Source: an uncultured virus (IMG/VR IMGVR_UViG_3300001242_000018) (Duplodnaviria; Heunggongvirae; Uroviricota; Caudoviricetes). From it: a DNA stretch of 20,000 nt. This document shows positions 1-7,505 of the stretch, piece after piece. How positions within the stretch are numbered: the stretch's first letter is position 1; the number at the start of each line of letters is the position of its first letter. The notes below the pieces were generated by a model. That model was not told where the DNA came from. It worked only from the letters and a program-made list of their open reading frames with translations, and made no database searches. A program made the position numbers and the translations under genes. The stretch lies in the IMG/VR virus record IMGVR_UViG_3300001242_000018, positions 117,037 through 137,036 of that record, one strand, 5' to 3'.

Positions 1-40
1 CCCGTTGCTCATTGTAACATAACACTGTCACATGGGTACA

Positions 41-268
41 TTATTTCAATACCTCTTTAATTCGCTGCATACCCTCTGCCATTTGGGGATTTGTTTCCTT
101 TACAATGGCTAATTCTTTATCTATGAGTGCATGAATCTTAGTAATACTCAGGCCAATGGGGTGCTGTGCTATACAGACGCTACAAGAGCATCCCAAGCAA
201 TCTTTACTTTCGCCACGAATATCCATCTCTTCACAAAGTGCAGCATCCTTCTCTTGTTCTGGGGTCAT
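41..268 (-). CDS. hypothetical protein with Cys cluster (CLGCSCSVC)
   Basis: 75-aa ORF; GAAGGA RBS upstream of ATG. Confidence 0.7.
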   Translation of the reverse strand: MTPEQEKDAALCEEMDIRGESKDCLGCSCSVCIAQHPIGLSITKIHALIDKELAIVKETNPQMAEGMQRIKEVLK

Positions 269-340
269 TTAGATTCCTTCTTTCGTTATAAGTTGTAGTA
301 TGTCTCACCGAGACATGTTTTATACTCGTGTATAAATTAA

Positions 341-369
341 ATTATAGACTCAATTAGATAGTCCGTCAT
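341..369 (-). promoter_or_regulatory. putative sigma-A promoter
   Basis: ATGACG-N17-TATAAT on minus strand, just downstream of a terminator and upstream of ORF 41..268. Confidence 0.5.
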
Positions 370-392
370 ATCGATATAGATTTCCTTTATAT

Positions 393-422
393 AAAAGCAA
401 AAGCAACCAGTTTTGGTTGCTT
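393..422 (-). terminator. intrinsic terminator
   Basis: AAGCAACCA-AAAC-TGGTTGCTT hairpin followed by TTGCTTTT directly after the stop of the wHTH gene. Confidence 0.8.
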
Positions 423-907
423 TAAAGTATAGTTCTATAATCTTTATGAGGTCTGCTAAGTATTATACTCTCTAGAGTATCGCTAACAGGAGTTACGCTC
501 ATAACCCTACTACGTAACTCGTTGTATCGATCAAGCTCTAACTTTAAACGTTTAATTGTATTATGACAGTTATTTATATGATCGACGAGTCCCTGGGTTA
601 ATTCGTTGTTATCTTTTACATCATTACATAATCGACTACCTTTGGTTAGTAATGATGTATCTATAAGCTCTCCGTTGTAGATAATTGTACTTGGTTCTGC
701 AGCTTTACTACTTTTTTGTATCTCAATAACTCCGTCAGCTTGGAGTTTCTTGAGAGCTCTATGTAGAGTAGTGGCGGAATACTTGAGACGTTCTGCAATA
801 TCTTGTAAGCTCATTGTACACTTACGATTCCATGTATTGAGCTGTAGAAAGGTTATTATATCATCAAGCGCTCTTTGGCTTACATAATGTGTTGGTGGTG
901 TCGACAT
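422..907 (-). CDS. winged-HTH DNA-binding protein with C-terminal coiled coil
   Basis: SLQDIAERLKYSATTLHRALKKLQADGVIE HTH pattern; start moved to ATG 907 because AGAGGTGA RBS covers the GTG at 916. Confidence 0.75.
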   Translation of the reverse strand: MSTPPTHYVSQRALDDIITFLQLNTWNRKCTMSLQDIAERLKYSATTLHRALKKLQADGVIEIQKSSKAAEPSTIIYNGELIDTSLLTKGSRLCNDVKDNNELTQGLVDHINNCHNTIKRLKLELDRYNELRSRVMSVTPVSDTLESIILSRPHKDYRTIL

Positions 908-934
908 ACGTTTCACCTCTATTCCATATCATAT

Positions 935-963
935 ATTATAACTATTGTATTCCACATTGTCAA
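935..963 (-). promoter_or_regulatory. consensus sigma-A/sigma-70 promoter
   Basis: perfect TTGACA (963-958)-N17-TATAAT (940-935), AT-rich upstream region. Confidence 0.9.
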
Positions 964-1018
964 TCAATATGAATATATAGTAGTTCATAATGTAATATAG
1001 AATAGAAATATTAGCTAA

Positions 1019-1783
1019 TTATACACGAGGTTCTGTACCGACTCCCCAACTCCATATTCTTTCCGACTTCGATTCTAATATATTACCTTGCTGTATTAAT
1101 GGAGATCTCTCTACGTAAATTTCATCGTTAATATCATTACTAATATCTGTAGATATGTACTTAGCTATATCAACAGCTAGTTTCTTATCACGACACGTCC
1201 AAGTTCTTACTAGTGTAGTACCGGATAAGTGAATAACAACATACGATTTATTAATATCAAGAATATGATCGATAACCTTAATCATATCGTTATAGTAATT
1301 TAATAAAACTTCGTACAACTCGGACGGATTACGGGCTATAGTTTGCCAAGCTTTCCGGATATCTTTAAGAGCTACAATACTACAAGGTAAACCATCGTAA
1401 CTCGTGTCGTTACTAACGATTATTGTTATTGTACTCGCATCTTCATACGAAGGTTCGATTACTGTATGCATCCTTATACCAATATAATTCTTTATAACAC
1501 ACTGAGTTAATGGATAAAAGAAGTTCCAAAGTTTTGATTGGATACCTAGGAGTCCCTCTTCGTCGTTATCGAATGGGCCACCGCTATAAACATCGCTATC
1601 AAGAAAAGGGTCTAAGAAGTCTTTATAATAGGCATAAAAAGCTTCTATAAGTTCGTCTGGAACATTGCAATTTTTAGCTGTATCTTTGACCTTTTGTGAA
1701 TGCTGGTCATCTTCAAGTTCGATTATTTTCCCATCACTTTTAAAGTGTTCTAATTGAGCTAATAATAGCTCTTTACCTGTCAA
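1019..1783 (-). CDS. hypothetical protein
   Basis: long ORF; likely start TTG 1783 after AAGGGAGGT RBS (track start 1813). Confidence 0.75.
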   Translation of the reverse strand: MTGKELLLAQLEHFKSDGKIIELEDDQHSQKVKDTAKNCNVPDELIEAFYAYYKDFLDPFLDSDVYSGGPFDNDEEGLLGIQSKLWNFFYPLTQCVIKNYIGIRMHTVIEPSYEDASTITIIVSNDTSYDGLPCSIVALKDIRKAWQTIARNPSELYEVLLNYYNDMIKVIDHILDINKSYVVIHLSGTTLVRTWTCRDKKLAVDIAKYISTDISNDINDEIYVERSPLIQQGNILESKSERIWSWGVGTEPRV

Positions 1784-1813
1784 TTCTATTACCTCCCTTG
1801 GTAAGTATTCCAT

Positions 1814-1845
1814 AAAGGTATTAATATGAAATTGTAGAATTACAA
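1814..1845 (+). promoter_or_regulatory. putative SigH-type promoter overlapped by a palindromic operator
   Basis: AGGT(1816-1819)-N17-GAAT(1837-1840), with GTAGAAT -10; TTGTA-GAAT-TACAA palindrome at 1832-1845. Confidence 0.4.
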
Positions 1846-1859
1846 AATGGGGTGATATT

Positions 1860-2378
1860 ATGTCAAAAGTTCATGACTTTCAGAACTGGAAAGTCTCTAA
1901 AGAAATATACGCAAGACTTGATATAATGAAAAATATAGACATGATTATGTTTAGAATGTCATATAATCTTTCGCAAGCAAAAGCAGCTCGAATGGCTAAT
2001 ATACATCACATTGTCTGGATGAATATAGAGAATAAGAAAGTTATTCCAACTATAAACGAAGCTGGTAAGATTGCCTTCCTCCTTGGCAAACCTGTATTTA
2101 AGTTATTTCCCCAGACAAGACATGATACTATTCGATCGTTACCGTTACGTAGCTTTTCTAAACTTGCATTAATACGTTGTATATATGGAATCTCTCAGAT
2201 TAAACTAGCTAAAAGAGCTGAAGTTCCCTTTGAGATTATTCAGAGATTAGAGCGCGAATGGAAAGTCTTTTCCGACATTCCAGAAGAAAAACGTATATTA
2301 GTACAAAAGGTTGCAGATTATTTAAACGAAGATATTATTAATATTATTGGTGAAGGTATTATAAAGGAGGGCAATTAA
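1860..2378 (+). CDS. tandem Cro/C1 (XRE) HTH transcriptional regulator
   Basis: two XRE-like units (LSQAKAARMANI...IENKKVIP; ISQIKLAKRAEV...RLER); GGGGTGA RBS; only credible plus-strand gene. Confidence 0.8.
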   Translation: MSKVHDFQNWKVSKEIYARLDIMKNIDMIMFRMSYNLSQAKAARMANIHHIVWMNIENKKVIPTINEAGKIAFLLGKPVFKLFPQTRHDTIRSLPLRSFSKLALIRCIYGISQIKLAKRAEVPFEIIQRLEREWKVFSDIPEEKRILVQKVADYLNEDIINIIGEGIIKEGN

Positions 2379-2387
2379 TTACCCTCC
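2366..2387. terminator. hairpin between convergent genes, probable terminator
   Basis: near-perfect 22-bp palindrome GGAGGGCAATTAATTACCCTCC; TTTAT follows on the minus strand. Confidence 0.6.
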
Positions 2388-2394
2388 AAGTACA

Positions 2395-2682
2395 TTAATT
2401 AAGGACTTCCAAACGTTCCTTTATTGGCGCTGTCATGTAAGCTCTAGTCCTCATACAATCAAGTATCTTTAAAGAAGTGTACTCAGGTTTACCAGCACAG
2501 AAACCGTCGAGCTTTACTTTACACATATCACACTTTAAATCAATAGACCTTGGCTTAGCGGAGCCGAAGTTCTCCAGTAACATATCACCTAATGATCGTC
2601 TCGGTTGTTCTACCTGGGTAACTTGCTCCTTGGATTGTTCTTTACTCTTCTTTCGTTTCTTTCGAGTTTTTGATACCGGCAT
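2395..2682 (-). CDS. hypothetical protein, basic N-terminus, 4 Cys
   Basis: GGGAGGT RBS; CDMC...C...C. Confidence 0.7.
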   Translation of the reverse strand: MPVSKTRKKRKKSKEQSKEQVTQVEQPRRSLGDMLLENFGSAKPRSIDLKCDMCKVKLDGFCAGKPEYTSLKILDCMRTRAYMTAPIKERLEVLN

Positions 2683-3094
2683 TGTGTACCTCCCGTAAAC
2701 GTAGTTTGTTCTTGTAATCCTCTATCGGTACAATGATATCTATATCAAAGTCCTTACTGTTAGAGTCGGATGCGGATGAAATTATTGGTGTAGCTACAGC
2801 GGTATTACCAAATATCTTAGACACAATCTGCATAGCGTTTATAAACCACTCATCTAAATGACATAGTGGTTTATCTTTGCCACAAATATCGTCCGGATCC
2901 CAATCATAAATCTCGTCACCATTGATATATACCATAAGGTTTATAACCTCTGAATCATAGTCTACTATAAGATCTACATCTATTCCAGTTTGCTCTTTAA
3001 TGTAGCTCTCAAGTAAACTTTTAAGTTCCGCATCAGTAAAGGTATATATAACTCCGGCAGGCGCCGGAAGAGGTAACTTGGTTGATTCATTCAT
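2642..3094 (-). CDS. hypothetical acidic protein
   Basis: 150-aa ORF; AAGGAGA RBS; ATGA overlap with the primase stop. Confidence 0.7.
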   Translation of the reverse strand: MNESTKLPLPAPAGVIYTFTDAELKSLLESYIKEQTGIDVDLIVDYDSEVINLMVYINGDEIYDWDPDDICGKDKPLCHLDEWFINAMQIVSKIFGNTAVATPIISSASDSNSKDFDIDIIVPIEDYKNKLRLREVHNAGIKNSKETKEE

Positions 3095-4392
3095 TTTATC
3101 ATCTCCTTATGTGTATCTAAGCTGTTCAATAACCCTAATAGATTATTAGACGCTACACCAAATATACTAGCTACCTTCTCCATATAGAGTACTAATTCTC
3201 CAGACCGTCTGATAGCCTTTAGGAGTAGTATTAGCTTATCAAGACATTCTGTACGCATCATATCAAGCATGTCGGGATTAGTCCATCCTGCAGCTAAATC
3301 TATATCTTGTTTGTATTTCTGAATAATACCCAACAGAGCTGGTATAGACTGGTTTTGTATTATATATCTTACCTCGTCCGGTGTCTTACCGAACATAATC
3401 TCGTCTGGATCTTTTCCTGGCGTTTGAACCCAGATAACCTTAAAGCCCTTTTCCAATAGCTTCGGTAAGGACTTCTCTACTATAGCCGTACCTGCAATAT
3501 CACCGTCTGGCCAGAGGTAAAGTGTATCAGTTTCTTTTCTTAAGATATTCATCTGCTCGTCTGTAAATTGACTACCCATTATACCTACGGTATTCGTTAA
3601 GGTATGGTAATGGGCTGACAATACATCCATATATCCTTCCATTACTATAGCACTTCTACATTTTCTTATGTGCTTATAAGCGTATGGGAAGTAGTATAAC
3701 GTATTGCTTTTACTAAACGCTGTCGAACCACTATCGTTAATCCATTTAGGAGAGCGACCGTCTGGATGTCTATAAGCCATCCCAATTGTGCGCGGATTCT
3801 TTACCTTACTCATCTCTGGTATACCGATACAAAACCGGCCCCGGGCCACCTCCCAATAATAATTCTCTGGGACTAGACCTAATCTTGCATTTGTCTGTAG
3901 CCAATTAGCATCGATCCCTCTTTCCCTGGCTATCTGCTGAGCAAGTTCGTAGTTATTACTCCAGAGGTTTATATAGAATTCCCGGTTAGTATTGGTTACC
4001 TGATTTATCTTACCGGATAAATTCCCGTCTTCGTTTCTGGCTAAACTAAACGGAATTCCAGCCCGCTCTGCCAAGTGACGGCAAGCGTCGATATAACCTA
4101 ACCCTTCCATCTCCATGATAAATGCTATCACATCAGAACCAGCATTACCATCTTCTTTATTTCCTTTACAACAGGAGTAGCAATAAAAACTCTGATTCTC
4201 ATAGATAGTAAAACTAGGGTCAGATTCAAAGTGTGGCTCGTTATCGGTACCGCCATGGGGGAATGGACAAAGACCAACCCATAAATTACCCTGTCTGATA
4301 AGCTGCATATATTCGCTGATTACGTCGACAATATCATTCTTAGCTTTGATCTCTTTCTTTAACGCTTCCGGTACTATAGCGATTCTTACCAC
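3091..4392 (-). CDS. dnaG: DnaG-type DNA primase (CHC2 Zn finger + TOPRIM)
   Basis: DIVDVI, CPFPH...CYSC Zn finger, KWINDS, EGYMDV, DGDIAG, KDPDE; start uncertain (possibly ATC 4383). Confidence 0.93.
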   Translation of the reverse strand: MVRIAIVPEALKKEIKAKNDIVDVISEYMQLIRQGNLWVGLCPFPHGGTDNEPHFESDPSFTIYENQSFYCYSCCKGNKEDGNAGSDVIAFIMEMEGLGYIDACRHLAERAGIPFSLARNEDGNLSGKINQVTNTNREFYINLWSNNYELAQQIARERGIDANWLQTNARLGLVPENYYWEVARGRFCIGIPEMSKVKNPRTIGMAYRHPDGRSPKWINDSGSTAFSKSNTLYYFPYAYKHIRKCRSAIVMEGYMDVLSAHYHTLTNTVGIMGSQFTDEQMNILRKETDTLYLWPDGDIAGTAIVEKSLPKLLEKGFKVIWVQTPGKDPDEIMFGKTPDEVRYIIQNQSIPALLGIIQKYKQDIDLAAGWTNPDMLDMMRTECLDKLILLLKAIRRSGELVLYMEKVASIFGVASNNLLGLLNSLDTHKEMIK

Positions 4393-4702
4393 CTCCCAAG
4401 GGGATCCTATCTATCTCTATCGAACCACATGCTAAGCACCTAGTAATTACTTCGTCAGATATAGTACTATCATAAGAGTATTCAATCGGTTCATATTTAC
4501 CGGTAATCTTATGACCACCATTATCTTTCATATTACAAATTTTAAGTCTTAGTTTTACTACAACCTCGCCTTCGAATGGGCCTTTCTCCCCGGTATTACC
4601 ACACCTTTTGCAACACAGAATCTCGTAACGTTTGTCTATTGGGCCTGACAAAGGCTCAGGAATTCCTGAGCCTTTAATTAATCGTAAGTTTAGTTTACTC
4701 AT
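4340..4702 (-). CDS. Zn-ribbon protein
   Basis: CKRCG...CLACG; operonic position. Confidence 0.65.
   Translation of the reverse strand: MSKLNLRLIKGSGIPEPLSGPIDKRYEILCCKRCGNTGEKGPFEGEVVVKLRLKICNMKDNGGHKITGKYEPIEYSYDSTISDEVITRCLACGSIEIDRIPLGGGKNRYSTGSVKERDQS
4650..4675. repeat. perfect 26-bp palindrome
   Basis: AAAGGCTCAGGAATTCCTGAGCCTTT is its own reverse complement. Confidence 0.95.
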
Positions 4703-4705
4703 TTG

Positions 4706-5110
4706 TTATAAATTCCGGTATTTTTTGATAGCCTCGATTGAAGGTACATTCTCGGGTGAGAATACCTTACCGGCCGGAGCACCGCAATCCTCACAAACTA
4801 AGGGTGGTTTAGCATCTTGTATCAAGCCTTTAGTATTAGACATCTTTAAGGCTGTGTGCATGTTTACATTCTGAATAATCTCTCCACCACACATACATAA
4901 TCCTTCTCTTTCTAAGAAGGTAAAGGGCAATGGATCTTTGAAGCACTTCTCCCAGTTATCAGCGGTATCTTTATTATCACAGACAGGACACTCAATTTCT
5001 TCATGTCCTTTCATGGGAGGGTAGACATTCATAGGTTCTATTGTAAAGGTATCAGAACCTATCTTGATGTATAAGCCTTGCCTACAATCTTCATTTGTAC
5101 ATCTATACAT
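4706..5110 (-). CDS. double Zn-ribbon protein
   Basis: CTNEDC, CPVC, CMCGG, CEDCG; start moved to ATG 5110 after GGAGGG RBS. Confidence 0.75.
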   Translation of the reverse strand: MYRCTNEDCRQGLYIKIGSDTFTIEPMNVYPPMKGHEEIECPVCDNKDTADNWEKCFKDPLPFTFLEREGLCMCGGEIIQNVNMHTALKMSNTKGLIQDAKPPLVCEDCGAPAGKVFSPENVPSIEAIKKYRNL

Positions 5111-5387
5111 CTTTAATCCCTCCTTCGATAATGAATTTGGTAGTAACCGGAGGCAAATAGTAATAAGCAGTTTTACCACTAGGAGACTGTACTTTAATTA
5201 AGTACCTATCGGATACTTGGTTAACGTTTTGAGCTTTAGTCCTAAAAGTATCCAGTTTATTGTCGGCTATAACCTTTTCGACAGATACTCTTTTAGGTAC
5301 TATTACAAGTACAATACCCGTCTTTTTAGTAGTACTACCACCTGTCTGACTTGTCCAACTTACTACCTTACCAATAAGATCGCTCAT
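5103..5387 (-). CDS. hypothetical protein (beta-rich, possibly SH3-like)
   Basis: GCAGGTGA RBS; operonic spacing. Confidence 0.7.
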   Translation of the reverse strand: MSDLIGKVVSWTSQTGGSTTKKTGIVLVIVPKRVSVEKVIADNKLDTFRTKAQNVNQVSDRYLIKVQSPSGKTAYYYLPPVTTKFIIEGGIKDV

Positions 5388-5391
5388 ATTC

Positions 5392-6126
5392 TCACCTGCC
5401 TAGTTTGTATGTTATAACCTTACCCGGATAGATCTTGCTCGGGTCTGGTATTGGAAATGGTGTATTAACACACTGTGTAGAGTATACAATACCTTTTGGT
5501 AACTCTATAAGTGATAACCATCCGCCAATGTCAGCCCCTGTATTGATACACATCTTACCTTTAAACATCCAAGGTCGGTGTTGTTTATCCCCTCTTAAAT
5601 GTATAGCTTCGTTATGACCGAATATTACAAGTTTAGGGATACCTGTCTCCTTATATAAGAAGTTGTTCGTACCCCAAACAAATTCCTCTGTTTGTTCGTT
5701 TAATGGCTTACTTACATCAAAGCCGGCATGACAGAAGAAATAATGTTCTAGCTCGAAAGTTAATGGCATATTAAGTAACCAATCACAATCTTCGGCAAGT
5801 TTATTAAGAGCATCTATTCCAAACTGATCAACATATGAACGTACTGTGGAACTTCCACCGTAGTTCTTAAAGTAGATGGTTTCCTCAAGAGTCCCTGTTG
5901 AATATGCATGTGCAGCTACTTCATGATTTCCTATCAGAATCTTAGCTCCCTCTTTTTCTAATTCACGGGCAAACTGTACCGTTTTATACGAATCCGGCCC
6001 TCTGTCGATAAGATCTCCAAGAACAATTAGAAGATCGTTTCTTGGGTTGTATCCTGCCTTTTCTAATAGTAGCTTCCAAGCGTACCAATGACCATGTATA
6101 TCTGCACAAGCAAATACTCTCTTCAT
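5392..6126 (-). CDS. PPP-family Ser/Thr metallophosphoesterase (lambda phosphatase-like)
   Basis: DIHG, GDLIDRG, GNHE, HAG, FGH motifs; start ATG 6126 with GAGGTG RBS and TAATG coupling to the sigma gene. Confidence 0.9.
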   Translation of the reverse strand: MKRVFACADIHGHWYAWKLLLEKAGYNPRNDLLIVLGDLIDRGPDSYKTVQFARELEKEGAKILIGNHEVAAHAYSTGTLEETIYFKNYGGSSTVRSYVDQFGIDALNKLAEDCDWLLNMPLTFELEHYFFCHAGFDVSKPLNEQTEEFVWGTNNFLYKETGIPKLVIFGHNEAIHLRGDKQHRPWMFKGKMCINTGADIGGWLSLIELPKGIVYSTQCVNTPFPIPDPSKIYPGKVITYKLGR

Positions 6127-6695
6127 TAAACCACCTCGTAGTACCATCGTTTCATTTTGTGCTTTATTCTCTGCATAGTATTGTCTACAGAACGATAAGA
6201 TCTACACAACTTCTCACCTATATCATTTATACCCATGCCCTGAATCATACATAGAGCTACCTGATACTCTAGGTCTGATAGTAAAACCTTGAGTCGTCTA
6301 TTGAATATCTTATCTTCTTCAGCTGTCAATACGACCTGTTCCGGTTCTACGCTACCTTCGTAGGTGTCTATACCTTCTACATCATACATACTAATCGCAT
6401 CATTTAAGGGTTTATATTTATTGCGATTAGAATGTCTGATAGTTTCATAGATCTGTCTACGCATAACCATTTTGCTAAACATGACGAAGTTATAGCCAGG
6501 TCGGTAATTCTCTATTGCTTTTACGAAACCGACTCTGGCTTCTTGAACTATATCTTCATTGGTGCCACCTGCTATGAAATAGGATTTTGCCACGGAACAT
6601 ATTAAATTGTTGTATTTAGTAAGAAGCCATTCCTGTGCATAAAGATCCTCTTTAGCAAGCACGGCTACAGATTCGATAGGAACCTGTGAATACAC
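6126..6695 (-). CDS. sigH: SigH-like RNA polymerase sigma factor
   Basis: LLTKY...AKSYFIAG...EDIVQE...RNKYKPLNDAIS...LSDLEYQV...SVDNTMQRIKHK closely follows the SigH pattern. Confidence 0.85.
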   Translation of the reverse strand: MYSQVPIESVAVLAKEDLYAQEWLLTKYNNLICSVAKSYFIAGGTNEDIVQEARVGFVKAIENYRPGYNFVMFSKMVMRRQIYETIRHSNRNKYKPLNDAISMYDVEGIDTYEGSVEPEQVVLTAEEDKIFNRRLKVLLSDLEYQVALCMIQGMGINDIGEKLCRSYRSVDNTMQRIKHKMKRWYYEVV

Positions 6696-6748
6696 TGATT
6701 AAATAACAGTATCCTCTGTACTAATTTGTAACAATTAACTCCACTCCT

Positions 6749-6769
6749 TTAACAGTAACTTAACAGTAA
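6749..6769. promoter_or_regulatory. 11-bp-period direct repeat, OmpR-family (WalR/PhoP-like) box
   Basis: TTAACAGTAA at 6749 and 6760; minus strand reads TGTTAA-N5-TGTTAA. Confidence 0.5.
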
Positions 6770-6848
6770 GTTTACGATATCGGTATGTAAAACGTACATT
6801 TAGCTAAGACGAATCATTGATAGGTTTCACTTACATACCACCTCCTCG

Positions 6849-7082
6849 TCACAGTATTTTCTCACATCTATCCTCTGTTATGCATAATAGAGGCCCCTCT
6901 GAATCGTTACACAAATATAAAGAACGGGATAAACTACGTGTATTCTCCCATTTTCCACCAAGATAACGGGCCGCACTCAACTCTTCCCCGACGCGAAAGC
7001 GAACAACTACTCTACCATTAGGAGGTGTCTTGAATTTACGTTGCCATGTACAATTGTTAAATACCATTGCTAAGTTTATCAC
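6849..7082 (-). CDS. hypothetical protein
   Basis: GTG start preceded by GAAAGGA; 5 nt after the upstream small ORF. Confidence 0.55.
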   Translation of the reverse strand: MINLAMVFNNCTWQRKFKTPPNGRVVVRFRVGEELSAARYLGGKWENTRSLSRSLYLCNDSEGPLLCITEDRCEKIL

Positions 7083-7087
7083 AATAA

Positions 7088-7201
7088 CTACTTTCCTTTC
7101 CTATGTAATAAATTATAGAATGAAACTATTGATACACCTTTCATTAAACCAAAGACGTAAGTAATTATGATAATCCATACATGAAAGGCATTGTTTTCCA
7201 T
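7088..7201 (-). CDS. 37-aa single-TM membrane microprotein (not in ORF track)
   Basis: AGGAGGT RBS; MENNAFHVWIIIITYVFGLMKGVSIVSFYNLLHRKGK; fills the gap between neighbours. Confidence 0.6.
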   Translation of the reverse strand: MENNAFHVWIIIITYVFGLMKGVSIVSFYNLLHRKGK

Positions 7202-7209
7202 AACTATCC

Positions 7210-7494
7210 CTACCTCCTAAATATCATAGTAGTCTCATCATACAAAGGATGACCGTTATCATCATATACTTTGTTAGTATTGGCCAATTTTCCTAAGAGA
7301 AGTTCATCTCTGATGTATTCCTTTACAGCCCAATCTCCATTCGAATGGCGTACATGAAATTGTCGGCCGTCGACCTCGATAAGTTTAAATGGAAACCATG
7401 CGTCACCCACATCGTGAACCCGACCTTTCTTACCATTGTTGAAGATTACATTAAGAGTTCCACGAATTGTCTTACCCTCTATAATAACAGCCAT
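7210..7494 (-). CDS. hypothetical protein
   Basis: AAGGAGG RBS; 94 aa. Confidence 0.75.
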   Translation of the reverse strand: MAVIIEGKTIRGTLNVIFNNGKKGRVHDVGDAWFPFKLIEVDGRQFHVRHSNGDWAVKEYIRDELLLGKLANTNKVYDDNGHPLYDETTMIFRR

Positions 7495-7505
7495 GTAATT
7501 CCTCC

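Noticed and set aside
13..32. TGTAACA-N6-TGTCACA imperfect palindrome and 10-codon mini-ORF at the left edge
   Set aside because: Context truncated by the window edge; too short to support
6735..6851. Stop-codon reassignment suggested by in-frame TAG/TGA
   Set aside because: TAG, TGA and TAA all end well-defined genes elsewhere in the window (e.g. helicase TAG, primase TGA) and long genes are uninterrupted
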